Assembly (NCBI GenBank): GCA_951406725.2
Contig: OX597814.1
Span: 149,978,001-150,042,000 of the forward strand
Direction: 5' to 3'
DNA: 64,000 nt
Source of the DNA: Octopus vulgaris
Taxonomy: Eukaryota
Shown: in pieces, positions 48,801-61,480 of the stretch
Position numbering within the stretch: the stretch's first letter is position 1
How the letters are laid out: each line of letters opens with the position of its first letter
Translations under genes and position numbers: made by a program
Notes under the pieces: generated by a model
The model's input: the letters and a program-made list of their open reading frames with translations, nothing else
The model's database searches: none
Told to the model about the DNA's origin: nothing

Positions 48801-51800
48801 TGATATGCATAATATTTATAAACACTAGGTTTTGGGGGGTTTTTCTACACTATAATTAAACCCCCTTTTCTTTAATAGTATTTCTGTGTCACAAAAAAAG
48901 ACTGGAAGTTTAATATTTACTAATTGCTTATTCCTGGAAATAATGCCCATTGATTCTTTGTAAGAATATTTTTCTGTGGGTGATATTACAGTGAATGGTT
49001 TGTGTATCTGTTGCAAAAGGTTTTACCATGTCCTACAATGATTTCATACAAATGTTTTTTGCTCAATGCTTCTCTGTTAACATCAGTTATTTAATTCTTC
49101 CTTGCGTAACCTCTACATACATCTGCAAACATTCTGTTTTGTCAAGAATAATTTTGTTCTTACCCGGCTGTTAGAGATGGATTTGGTTTTCATATCTGAC
49201 GAAGTGTAACAACAAAGAAAATATCGTACAATCCAATGGCGTCATTCACCACTGACAAACTTCTTTTTTTTTTTTTTTCAAGTATAAGTGAAGAAATTTC
49301 TCCCAAGACTATCTCTGCAGTGGAAAAGTGTTATAACATCCAAATATACTTAAACAAGCTAACATGGCTTTAATGGCCATTACATTGTTCAATTAGACAT
49401 TTCCAATTCAGTGAGTGTGGACTTAGCCCATCAAATGAAGGGTTGACAGCTCATGATATATGCAGTGTTGCTTTTAGAGATTTTGTCTTAAATGTAAATA
49501 GATATGATTTGCAGTGAACACCAGGAGCATTGTACAATGAATATACTATTAGTTGGCAACACTGAATACCAATTTTACCATGATAGGAAGGGAATTGATG
49601 TGAATGAGATGCTATTTAGGTTTCTCTCAGGACAAGGTACAAATGGGGTTTTTTTTTTTCTCTTTTTGAAGTTTGTAATGACGAGCAAGCCTCTTTATCT
49701 AGCTTTCATTGATTCAAAGAAGGCCTTTAAAAAAGATTCTGATCTGAAGGAAATTATACAGATGAATGACTTGTAAGACCTGTATTAGCCATGTGCATGA
49801 GTGCTGTTAGTAAGGACAGGCAAGCAAGAACGGTTCAAGGCTAGTTGTTCATGGGAATTCCTGAATGTTGACGGCCTAATTATTGTAACCAAACAAATGG
49901 AAAAGTTCTTGAGGTGGCAGATTTTAGAATCACTCTTAAAGTAAATATAGCAAAGACAAAATTTTAGTTGGCTCTAGAATTTTGTATTCTTATTTGATAT
50001 GTAATATGCAGAAATATAGCCATTCCTTATATTGTGCCCAATGTAAACTTCAAATGCATAAGAGATTCAGCAGATTACAGGCAACTGCACTTAAATCTCA
50101 TGGCTGTTTTATGACAGCTTGTTTGGTGTTAGGCAGGGCATTCAGCTGTAGAAACCATGCCAAATCAGATTGGAACCTGGTGTAGCCTTACAGCTTACCA
50201 GTTTTAATCAAACCTGTTTCTTTACTACCCACAAGGAGTTAAACACAGAGAGGACAGACAAACGGATTAAGTTGATTACATCGACCCCAGTGCGTAACTG
50301 GTACTTATTTAATCGACCCCGAAAGGATGAAAGGCAAAGTCGACCTCGGCGTAATATGAACTCAGTATGTAGCGGCAGACGAAATACCGCTAAGCATTTC
50401 GCCTGGTGTGCTAACGATTCTGCCAGCTCGCCAGCATGAAAAGCAGATGCTAAATGATTATATTGTAAATCTAACCCTTTAGCATTTAATTCCAACTTCA
50501 AATTTCTACCTGTTTTATTTTAAAACAACCACTCAAACCTGCCTATACCATTCTAAAAATAAACAAATGCACCATTGAAATCTTGAAGCTACAAGATAGT
50601 GCGTGATTAATCCAAGACAATGTGAATAAAAAAGCATTACATGTGACAAAGAAATCTAAATGCTTAAAGGGTTACAGTGATTATAAGCCATTTACATAAC
50701 CATTCAAATGGACCTTTAAGCAATCTATTGCTCAACAATAATATTTTGTTAGAAAATCAAGAATTTATGAGCTTTTTTTTTAAAATCCAATTTCATGCTT
50801 AAAAATGCTAACCAAAACATAATAAACAGTCACATAAGAATGAAGAAAAATGTTTATTTTGAATATTTCAGGTGTTTTATGACACAGTATTTACTCATGG
50901 TTGTTTTGCTGAAGCAATGTAAATAGCAGATTTCAGCACTCATTGGCGTGGAACATTCTGTAGCAACATCCACTGGTAATGTCTGCTGCAAACTGCTACT
51001 GACTTTCTACAAAGTGAGCTGATGAGTTTCACACTTGCTTCCAAGTTATAAATCATATCATAGACTGTGGCTTTGCTGGGGCACTGCCTTGAATTATTTT
51101 TAACTAATTGACTACAGTATTTATTTTTCTTTTAATTTATGGTACTTATTCTCTCAGTGTTTTTTGCCAAACTGTTAAGTTACAGGGATGCAAACCAACA
51201 TTGGCTGTCAAGTGGCAGTGGATATTGTAGAAGATACTTGGCTAAGGTGCCACACAGTAGGATTGAACCTGGAACTATGTGGTTTAGAAGCAAACTTCTA
51301 ACCATGCTTGCACCTCTAACTTTCTGGTACTTAATTTATCGGCCCCAAAAGGATGAAAGGCAAAGCTGACCTCAGCGGAATTTGAACTCAGAACGTAAAG
51401 ACAGACGAAATACTGCTTAGCATTTTGCCCGGCGTGCCAACATTTCTGCTATTTCCCCACCTTAGTACTATAATAATATTGCTGTTATTAATAGTCTTGT
51501 ATTTCTGTCTGTCATATAGGTACATGTGTTTATGCATTATGTATATAAGATATAAGGCAACAAGCTGGCAGAGTCGTTAGCACACCGGGCAAAATGCTTG
51601 GTATTTCGGCTGCTGAGGTTGACTTTGCCTTTCATCCTTTCGGGGATGATTAAATAAGTACCAGTTATGCACTGGGGTCCATGTAATCAACTTACTCCTT
51701 CCCTGCAAATTTCAGGTCGTGTACCTTTAAGAGAATGGATTACGTATATAAGACGTATGATGGTTTCAAATTTTGTTGCAAGGCAAGGAAGGCTGTGGAA

Positions 51801-51988
51801 AGGGCTAAGTCAATTACATCGACTCCTGTGTATGACTAGTACTTCTTTTACTGACTCGAAAAGGATGAATGGCAAAGTGGACCTCTCTGAAATTTGAACT
51901 CATAACAAAGTGCTAGGAGAAAGATCACTAAGCATTTTGTTTACCTTACTAACGGTTGTGCCAACTCACTGCCTTATATAAGTATATA

Positions 51989-53203
51989 TTGGGTCATCCC
52001 ATAAATAATGCTGTTTTTTTATAGTTCTTTTATTTTTCAAAATTATGATAAATTTAAAATATACTCTCCTTCATTTTCTACAATGCTTTTCCATTTATCT
52101 GGTGGTAGACTTGCAAGGCTCCTCATCCAAAATTCACTTGTCTGTGATGAAAAATACTCTTCTAGTACTGTTATGACCTCATCTACAGAATTCTTATATT
52201 TTCTGTCCAAATGATTTTGAAGACTGCGGAATAAATGAGAATCAGATGGGTCAATGTCCAGCGAATATGGTGGATGGGGCATTGTTTACCATTCAAACTG
52301 CTTCAGCCTTTGGAATGTCATCCTCACTGTATGTGGCTGAGCATTATACTGATGGAAGAACATCTTTCGTCTTGAAACCAAAGATAGGCGTTTTACTTCT
52401 AGCGCTGACTTAAGCTGCTCGCAGTAGATCTTTGGTATCATTTGGTTTGGGTCTAAAAGTTTAAAGTGGACTAAACCTTACATATCCCACCAAACAGATA
52501 ACAACAAGTTACGTGGATGAAGACCTTCTTTAGCCTGGGATACCAGTGTTTCCCCCTTCCCTACCCACTGTCTTCGGCACTTGACAGTTTTATAGAAAAC
52601 CCAGTCCTTGTCACCAGTCACTATTCGGTCCTAAAAAAGTTCATACGTGAGACGTGACAGTAAAGAAGAGCAGACGTTCACTTTCTATGCACAGTTAGAC
52701 TCGGAAAGTTGTGAGGAACCCATTGACCCAATTTGCTGTCTTTCCCAATGGCACGCAAGTATCGATGAATGGTTGATCCACTTATTGTCTGATCCCCATA
52801 CACTGCATCAATATTCCTTGCCGTTTCCGTTGCGTTGTTGCCTTTATTGAAGTCATTGAGCAAAATATGCCAAATATGCTCCTTTATCACTTCCATTTTA
52901 GCTTTGAAAAAATAACTGTTAGAATCGAAATGCACTCTGCAAAACTTGCACTAAGAATAAGGCGATTTTTTATTGCCTTCAAGGAACCAACATAGTACAA
53001 CAGTATCTAAACAGTACAACAATATTTAAACCACAATACAACAGCAATACAAATCAAATACTTCAAAACTTGCACTAAGAATAAGGATAAGGTAAAATTA
53101 CTACCTGCTTTTATAGCAAGTTGATGCAGATAGCTTATTCCGCCCCTTTCTGACTATTAGTGTATGCAACTGAATAAACTGCATTATTTATGGGATGACC
53201 CAA
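51989..53203 (-). mobile_element. Mariner DNA transposon, near full length, transposase disrupted
   Basis: TIR TTGGGTCATCCCATAAATAATGC at both ends, TA target duplications, WVPH and HPPYSLDIDPSD motifs in broken minus-strand ORFs. Confidence 0.92.
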
Positions 53204-54250
53204 TATGAGGTCACTTTATTTTATTTATTTATTTGGATTGAAGCTTTCGTTCAGCTACACAGTAGTAAATCCAGTACTGGAAAGAATCTGTCATCTCGTC
53301 GTCTATCTATCTACATAGATGTAGGTCTGACCTGAGGGGGATCTGATATCTTGATGAGCTGCTTCTGTCTGAAACCCCTATGTTCCCTTTCTTTTCCTTC
53401 GAGTTTGTAATGGCTCATTTGTACTCTCCTAGATTTACCTGTATGGCCAGAATCGTAATTGCTATACGTTTTTTTTTTGTTTCGTTTTTTTTTTTTAATC
53501 ACAAACACATCTCAGAACTGTTTCACAATCCACTCTAGTGTTATGTTAAATTCTCATCTAAATTTTAATGAGTGGAACTTATATCAAGTTTGCATGCTGG
53601 TTTCGAACCTTAATTGTTACCATTACTTTCCCCATTCCTCTTGTGTTTACTTAAAATCGTAACCATTAAGAAAATTGAGGATATACTTGGGGATATTAAA
53701 TGACGAGGCACCATAGATATTTTCTAAATACCGGATTTACAATGATGCCGCTAAACCAAGTCCCCACAAAATGGAAGCCCATAAGATACAAATAAAACGA
53801 CACCGTCAATACATGCATAATGCACTCGCACTCAAGCAGACATATATATATTCTCCTAGTAAGGAGGCCATTATAAATGGACTCTCCCTCTCGCCTATAC
53901 CTTCGTTTCCATAGAACTTGCTAAGTTTTGAAGATACCGCGTACTTGCAGTATAACTGAGTTAAAACTAGGATCATCCGCCTTAGTTTGGCAACCAGCCT
54001 AAGAGAAAGATAACTCTGACTCCGAAACCGAACAGAGAGAGACTACTATCTTTGCCAGGTTATCCATCTAGGAAAGGGAAACTGGACGTAGCACCGGCAA
54101 CTTGAGGACCATACTAATTTGTGCTTCACTGCACATACATACATGCATACATACAGCATTGACGGGAAGATTAACCCGTCCTGGACATATGATAGATACA
54201 TTACAACCCACCTAGATAGATATACCTTCGCTATACAGGAAGAGGGCGAA

Positions 54251-54786
54251 GGCGCGTGGCTTAGTGGTTAGGGTGTCAGCACCATGATCGTAAGATTGTG
54301 CTTTCGATTCCTGGACCGGGCGATGCGTTGTGTTCTTGAGTAAAACACTCAATTTCACATTTCTCCAGTCCACTCACCTGGTACAAATGAGTAACGCTGC
54401 GATGGACTGATGACCCATCCAGCTGGGGAGCACATACGCCATGGAAACCGGGAAACCGGGCCCATGAGCCTGGCTAGGCTTTAAAAGGGCGCAATGGCCC
54501 AGTGGTTAGGGCAGCGGACTCGCGGTCGGAGGATCGCGATTTCGATTCCCAGACCGGGCGTTGGGTGTGTTTATTGATCGAAAACACCTAAAAGTTCCAC
54601 GATGCTCCGGCAGGGGGTGGTGGCGACCCCTGTTGTACTCTTTCGCCACAATTTTCTCTCATTCTCTCTTCCTGTTTCTTGAATAACGCTGCGAAGGACT
54701 GGTGTCCCGTCCAACTGGGGGGAACACATACGTCACAGAAACCAGTAAACCGGGCCCATGAGCTTGGCTAGGCTTGAAAAGGGCGA
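54251..54786 (+). mobile_element. Two adjacent tRNA-headed SINEs, family C (related copy ~63432-63770)
   Basis: AGTGGTTAGGG A box, TTCGATTCC B box, shared tail AAACCGGGCCCATGAGC. Confidence 0.75.
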
Positions 54787-54829
54787 CGTTTATCGTTTTT
54801 TTTTTTTAATATATGAGGAAGAGGAGATA

Positions 54830-55690
54830 GCTATTAAATACCTGATAAACAAGAAGGACAAAAATACCATCAAACCTCCACGTTATGATAGAATATGCCG
54901 GCTCAGTTAAACCAGTGTGGGAGATATCACCCACATCATCAGCAGCTATCCAAAATGTCAACAAAATACTATCTGCCTCTGAGGCATGATATAGTTGCAA
55001 AGACTAATTACAATACAATCCACAGGAAGGATTGCCCTGAAGTATAAAACAAAGGTATGTCAGAATTAGTATTTATCCACCATTTGAAAACAAGAATACT
55101 GGTGGAACACCCAATAAAAACATCAATTCGGTACAAACCTAACAGGCCTGATATTGTTCTATGGGACAGAGAACAAATAGCATGCACGGCTATAGCGATC
55201 AGCTGCCCAGCGGATGTGAATGTACAATCAAATGTCTAAGTGAGAGAGTAAAAAAATAACATTTATGGTGAATTAATGCAGAACCCTGACTATAAATTCT
55301 ATTTTGGGATCTTTTCACTTTGACCGGAAGATTTTTAAAATAATTTCTTTGTAACTAAACACTTTTAAACTTCGTATACTGGTAGAATGTGTCACATAAA
55401 ACATCTTTTTCTCTTGGCGTTCTTGAGAAAATTCTGTAGTTTATAAGCTATTTCTTGTTTAATTTTGGTATTTCGGCAATTTCTACCAATCAGTGACGTC
55501 TATTTTGTACCTGTCATTATACATAGGTGCATTAGGCTATGTACCTATAAGTTTACACAAAAACATAGAAATACTAGGTTTTTTGAAGATAAACAAAAGC
55601 AACCGACGCGGATTCCTTGAAAACCAATCTGTTAGTGGCACAGTGAAGATTTGTATGACATTCCAAAGATTCTCCATCTGAGACTCTTTA
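54830..55690 (+). mobile_element. Remnant of a restriction-like-endonuclease non-LTR retrotransposon (R4/NeSL-like)
   Basis: NRPDIVLWD...AISCP and IGALGYVP peptides; interrupted by a MITE fragment. Confidence 0.65.
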
Positions 55691-56136
55691 GGTGAATAGA
55701 TGCCCACGCTTCGGTGTGTGCATGGACAGCTCAACTAACACAAACTTAACAATACATTTACAAACACCGGGAAGTCTCTTAACTAATAAAGTCTTGTCGC
55801 ATTGTTTGCGACCGGTTTGAATTCTCTTAAGAAAGTAAATAAAACACAAACATACACACGCAAGCACACGCACTCACATACACACGTAGGTATGCACCTG
55901 TATACGTGCTCAGGAGAAAGTACGAGACGATGATAAAATTGGACAAAAAATTCCAGAAAGTAAAATGTATTAAAATAGCAGGTTTTTCCCCCTTTAGAGT
56001 AACCTCCCTTGTTAACGTATTAAATAACTCCCTGAAGGTGTCGCAATCGATTTGTTCCTAATCATGTCGCCGAGCTATAATGAAGTTGGCAACGTAAACA
56101 AAACTTTGTTTTGACAGTTTCATTACTAACTGCATC

Positions 56137-56202
56137 ATGGTTGACAATCAATTTGTCGAGGCAGTCACTGCCTCTCTCATTCGGGAATATCTTAGTCGGA
56201 AG
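56137..56202 (+). CDS. MINDY4: First coding exon of a MINDY4/FAM188B-like deubiquitinase (MVDNQFVEAVTASLIREYLSRK); later exons not found in this window
   Basis: Peptide matches the recalled MINDY4 N-terminus ([21 protein letters not shown]) and ends at a perfect donor AAG|GTAAGT. Confidence 0.8.
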
Positions 56203-56569
56203 GTAAGTTAAATTCTAATTGTGTTGGTTTTTTATTTCTTCATATTCTGATTTTCTTTTCGCTATTATCATTTGGTTAGCAACACTCAGAAATTATTATC
56301 AAGGAAAGATTATTAATTAAAAAACAAAACAAAAAAATGATTGTTATTATTGTTTCCTTTTTCGATAGAAATTTCAATCTTCTTAATGCCAATATATATA
56401 TGGAATAACTCATCGGCAAGTTTTATAGATGCGTGATTCCATTCTAAGCAGTTATACATGTGGATATAAGCACACGCTTCTACCTTCTTTCTCTCTCCCT
56501 CCATCTCTCTCTCTTTTTTTCTCACAGCGTACATATATCCATGCAGACATTAATGTCAATGCGTGGGTA

Positions 56570-56624
<55 letters not shown>

Positions 56625-56865
56625 ATGTGTGTAGGGATTACATTACACATATACACGTACATTCGTATACACATATTCATACATACACGCATTTATATAT
56701 ATGTATATACATACATACATTCATTATACATATATTTCGTTTCTCGTTGTGTTCTACGTTTATTTGTGGTGTCCTGTACTCATATATGCATGTATATATA
56801 CATATAGATGTAGGTATGTACATATATGTATGTATGTATGCATATGTTTTATTTATTAAATTGTT

Positions 56866-56909
<44 letters not shown>

Positions 56910-57192
56910 TTAGAAAGTGACAATGTACTCTAACAATATTTTTTTTGTTATTTCGGATCAACAATAACAAAAGGAAAAGTAAGCGAGCAAGCAAGCAACA
57001 AGGCGACTGCTAAAAATACACATTGCAATATGTATACATAAAAATATTTGAAGTGAAATACGTTTAGGAATAAGCGATAAGGGTACGTCCTTATCACAAA
57101 TGATGCTGACTACTGTGCGAAGGTTGGTGGTGGTGATGGAATGAGAGTCACAGGAAAGTTTAGGGACACTGTTTTCTGTCTTATAGTTCATT

Positions 57193-57210
57193 ATCATCAT
57201 CTTCATCACC

Positions 57211-57256
<46 letters not shown>

Positions 57257-57260
57257 ACAT
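57193..57260. repeat. (CAT)n microsatellite
   Basis: Direct reading; explains the spurious poly-Met ORF. Confidence 0.95.
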
Positions 57261-57669
57261 CTACTTAAGAGTTGAAGAACTTTTCCAAAATTATTTGGTG
57301 TTTATGGCGCATCATTAGGAACTGAGTTTGTTATAAACTCCTTTTGGCATTTTTATGCTACGTTCACGATTAGGCTTGTTATCAACAAAAAACCTGCAGA
57401 CTTCCCTCTCTATAAGTGCTAACCCTTTAGCAACATTCTTTTTCTGTCAATACAAGAAGTGTTAGCGGTAATTCCATATTTTCAGCTTGCTCTTCTTCTA
57501 ACTCACTGTTTCTCAACCGGGCTCCTAATGGCTCTTGAGGGGTTCATATAAGATTTCGTTGTTAAAGTTCATGTACAATAAATCACTTGTACTTCTACAA
57601 TTCATAAAATATTTTTAAATAAATTTTCTAATACAATTCCTTATAATATTTAATAATAAAACTATAATA

Positions 57670-57963
57670 ATTGCAGCGTGGAAGGTGTTTATAAGCCATT
57701 TAAGAAAAAGTGATCGATAAAATAAGTCCAGGCTTAAAGAGAAAATAAGTACTGGAGTCGATTAGTTCGACTAAAATTCCTCAAGGCGGTGCCCCAGCAT
57801 GGCCGCAGTCTAATGACTGAAACAAGTAGAAGAGTACATTATTTACATTCGACGGATATTTGTGTGTTTCTTAAATGGCTTATAAACACCTTCCACGCTG
57901 CAATTGTTTTGGTTCCAGCGCACGATCTCAGATCAGGTCACTTGCTATGCAAGTACATCTCCG
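57670..57963. mobile_element. Insertion with 39-bp inverted ends (Penelope-like) nested in a hAT-type MITE (57505-58078)
   Basis: TSD TAAAACTATAATA (57657-57669, 57964-57976); inverted repeat 57669-57707 / 57867-57905. Confidence 0.65.
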
Positions 57964-58327
57964 TAAAACTATAATAGGATTGTTTTTTTTTAAAAACAGC
58001 GAATGGCTATGGTCGGGGTCCCGTAGAGTAAAATTCTAACCAAAGGAATTCTTGGGTAAAAATGATTGAGAAACACTGTTTGAACAGCTGTAGCTCTTCG
58101 TTAGATAAACTTACCTTATAGAATACTAGCCACTTAGTCACACCATCCTATATGATTTCTCAGGCTCTAAATCATTTGCAAGTGTCACAATATTTTTCTG
58201 AATTTGATGTAGATGTTCTGCTTGCTGTCACGGATAGAATGTGGCCATGTATTTTTGCAATCACCTTTCAAAGTTGAGGGTTTCATTTCATCTTTTGATT
58301 TGGCTATGTTATTCACAGAATCCATTA

Positions 58328-58738
58328 CTCTTTTACTCCTTTACTTGTTTCAGTCATTTGACTGCGGCCATGCTGGAGTACCGCCTTTAGTCGAGCAAAT
58401 CGACTCCGGGACTAATTCTTTGTAAGCCCAGTACTTATTCTATCGGTCTCTTTTGCCGAACCGCTAAGTGACGGGGACGTAAACACACCAGCATCGGTTG
58501 TCAAGCAATGCTAGGGGGACAAACACAGACACACAACCCCCCACACACACACTCACATATATACATATACATATATACGACAGGCTTCTTTCAGTTTCCG
58601 TCTACCAAATCCACTCACAAGGCATTGGTCGGCCCGGGGCTATAGCAGAAGACACTTGCCCAAGATGCCACGCATTAGTTACTGAACCCGGAACCATGTG
58701 ATTGGTTAGCAAGCTACTTACCGCATAGCCACTCCTGC
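58328..58738 (-). mobile_element. SINE family A, full length, reverse orientation
   Basis: Reverse-complement similarity to 661-1047. Confidence 0.85.
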
Positions 58739-59264
58739 GAATTTTCCCCAAAAGTTTTTAACTATAGGTTTTATCCTTTTTAGTTGTTTTCGTAAGTTGT
58801 TTGGAAGTTCTTCTCAGATAATAATGCCTTAGAGTCAACTAATTTTGATTCAGTGTCTGGAGTAAAAAAAAGCATTCTTGTGTATAGACTCAGGTGTGGC
58901 TGTGTGGTAAGAAGTTTGCTTCCCAACCTCATTCCCCTGGGTTCAGTTCCACTACATGATACCTTGGGTGAGTGTCTTCTGCTATAGCGTCGGGCTGACC
59001 AAAGCATTGCGAGTGGATTTGGTAAACGGAAATTAAAAGAAGCTCGTTGAGTGTGTGTGTGTGTGTGTGTGTGCCCACCTCTACTTGACGACCGATGTTG
59101 GTGTACTTACGTCTCTGTAATTTAGCGGTTCGTCTAAAAGTGATCGATAAAATAAGTCCAGGCTTAAAGATAAAATAAGTACTGGTGTCGATTAGTTCGA
59201 CTAAAATCCCTCACGGTGGTGCCCCAGCATGGCCGCAGTCTAATGACTGAAACAAGTAGAAGAA

Positions 59265-60050
59265 TGCATTATTTACATTATCTACATTATTTACATTTGA
59301 CGGATATTTGTCCTCATCTTGTCTGTTGTTAACACAACGTTTCGGCTGATATACTCTCTAGCGTTCATCAGGTGTCTTGGGAAATTTCGAACCTGGGTTC
59401 TCATTCCTAAGGTATTTTTCGATGTTGTTGTTGTTGTTGTATTCAAGAGTAATACAACACTTTGCAAATATCACCAATCGAAAAGAATATGATCAAAAAC
59501 TGTGTGTACTCCATCCTGTGCAGCTGTGGTAGGTTATATAAAGGCGAAACATGCCGCCCCCTCAAAATAAGGGTAGAGGAACATTGCAAAACTGTGACAC
59601 GGGGTGATATTGATAAATCGGGTATATCTGATCATGTATGGAAAAAAGGAAACCACCTTCCCCTGTAGGATGAAGTTAAAATAATAGACAGAGAACACCA
59701 CTGGAAAATACGAAAAATAAAAGCAGCACATATGCTAGGTCGCAACAACCTCCTAAGTAGACCGAGTGTAGATATGAATAGCATATGGGAACCGGTATCA
59801 AGGAAGGATAGGATAATTTATAAGCCCTAAAATTCAATCCATAATTGCCCACGGGCATATGCCGTAGTGGTTAAGAGTGCGGGCTACTAACCCCAAGACT
59901 CCGAGTTCGATTCCAACAACTACAGCAATGAATGAGAACCCAGGTTCGAAAGTTCCCCACCTGATGAAGGCTGGAGGGTATGTCAGCTGAAACGTCGAAT
60001 GTAAATGATGTAAATAATGTACATAATTCCTCATCTCTTAAATATAGAAC
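59265..60050 (+). mobile_element. Truncated Penelope-like retroelement with GIY-YIG endonuclease fragment and inverted pseudo-LTRs
   Basis: NCVYSILCSCGRLYKGETCRPLKIRVEEH at 59462-59668; 59270-59410 is an inverted copy of 59930-60025. Confidence 0.85.
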
Positions 60051-60417
60051 AAATAGAAGAGATCTGAAAACTTAAGTTCATTGGGTGGATTGGTGAATTA
60101 TCTAAAAGAACAATGCTTCGTTTGAAATATCATATCTGTCCCAACCCACTCTATGAAAAACCTTCTCATTCGAACGCCAAATCAAAAGCAAATTAAACTT
60201 TGCATAAGCCTTAAAAGCCCCTGGATTTTTGGAGTGATACATGAGTAAAAACATATCCCAGATGAAGCACGGGACAAAGTTTTGGATGCTTTAAATCTTG
60301 GTGTTGATTTTTCTTCTCGAGAAATGTAAGTTCTAGCAAGTATGTGCTTCTAGAAGTATGTGTTTCATCAACAGTGTACACTTATGTAGCTCTTTCCGAC
60401 TATCATTTTGTTTTCAG

Positions 60418-60420
<3 letters not shown>

Positions 60421-60478
<58 letters not shown>

Positions 60479-60479
60479 G

Positions 60480-60536
<57 letters not shown>

Positions 60537-60817
60537 GTATATGTGTATATATATATGTATGTATGTATATATATACATATATGTGTGTATATATATGTAT
60601 ATATATAAATATATATATGTATATATATATAAATATATATATGTATATCACGTGACCGACCAGACCATCAGATGTTGTTACACATCGCTGGTCACAATGC
60701 ATTCGCATTGTTTTAGCCTTCGAATGACACCACCCCGCTGGCTAAGCGAGCAGGCCAATATATGTATATATATGTATATATAGTAGAGATTTGTTACAAA
60801 AAGAAAATATAAAATAT

Positions 60818-60866
<49 letters not shown>

Positions 60867-60867
60867 T

Positions 60868-60900
<33 letters not shown>
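60421..60900. repeat. Compound (TA)n/(TATG)n/poly-T low-complexity block
   Basis: Direct reading; similar blocks at ~56577-56905, ~3704-3738 and ~63368-63429. Confidence 0.95.
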
Positions 60901-60903
<3 letters not shown>

Positions 60904-61149
60904 AAAATTTTTTTAAAAATGCAGAATGCTCAAATGAAAGAAAATTTTAATAAAATGAGAAATTGATAATATATATTTATTCAACCGGTTTTCGTCATTG
61001 TATGACTTGTCAAGAATATTTATGTTTTAAAAAGTTTTTTTAAAAATTAGAAAGGGGAAAAAAGAAAATTGCATTGTTTTTTGTAAAAGAATAATGATAA
61101 AAATGTACAAAAATTAAAAAGTAAGTTCTCCGATACATTGTGAGTTCGT

Positions 61150-61480
61150 TGTGTATCTTGATACACGGTTGGTTAGGCAGTAAACGATGACCGATGCAAT
61201 AAACACATTGGCCACCTTCGCCCTCACTTTCAAGGATAATCTCCACCATGACCAGGTCTTGACTGACTATGTTGGTCACCTTGCCCGATACCTCGGACCA
61301 GTTCTTTTCTCTCTGGAGATCTGGGCCAAACCAGATTCCTAGCAACTTAACCAGGCCCTCCGGCTAACGTCCCACGACGCTATTCGAAGGCATCAACTTG
61401 CCCCTCCAGGTGCTGAGTTGCAAGCCGACCGATTTTTCCCGGTTAATCTTTGCTCTTGCCACCGTCTCGTAAACCTGAAT
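61150..61480 (-). mobile_element. L1/Tx1-like reverse transcriptase fragment
   Basis: LGIWFGPDLQREKNW peptide in a GC-richer patch. Confidence 0.55.

Noticed and set aside
54488-54560. tRNA gene candidates (also 54251, 59860, 63432)
   Set aside because: Acceptor stems are incomplete and each runs into a repeated SINE body, so they are SINE heads.
56429-57260. YI/CV/poly-Met ORFs (also 60358-60783)
   Set aside because: Translations of microsatellites.
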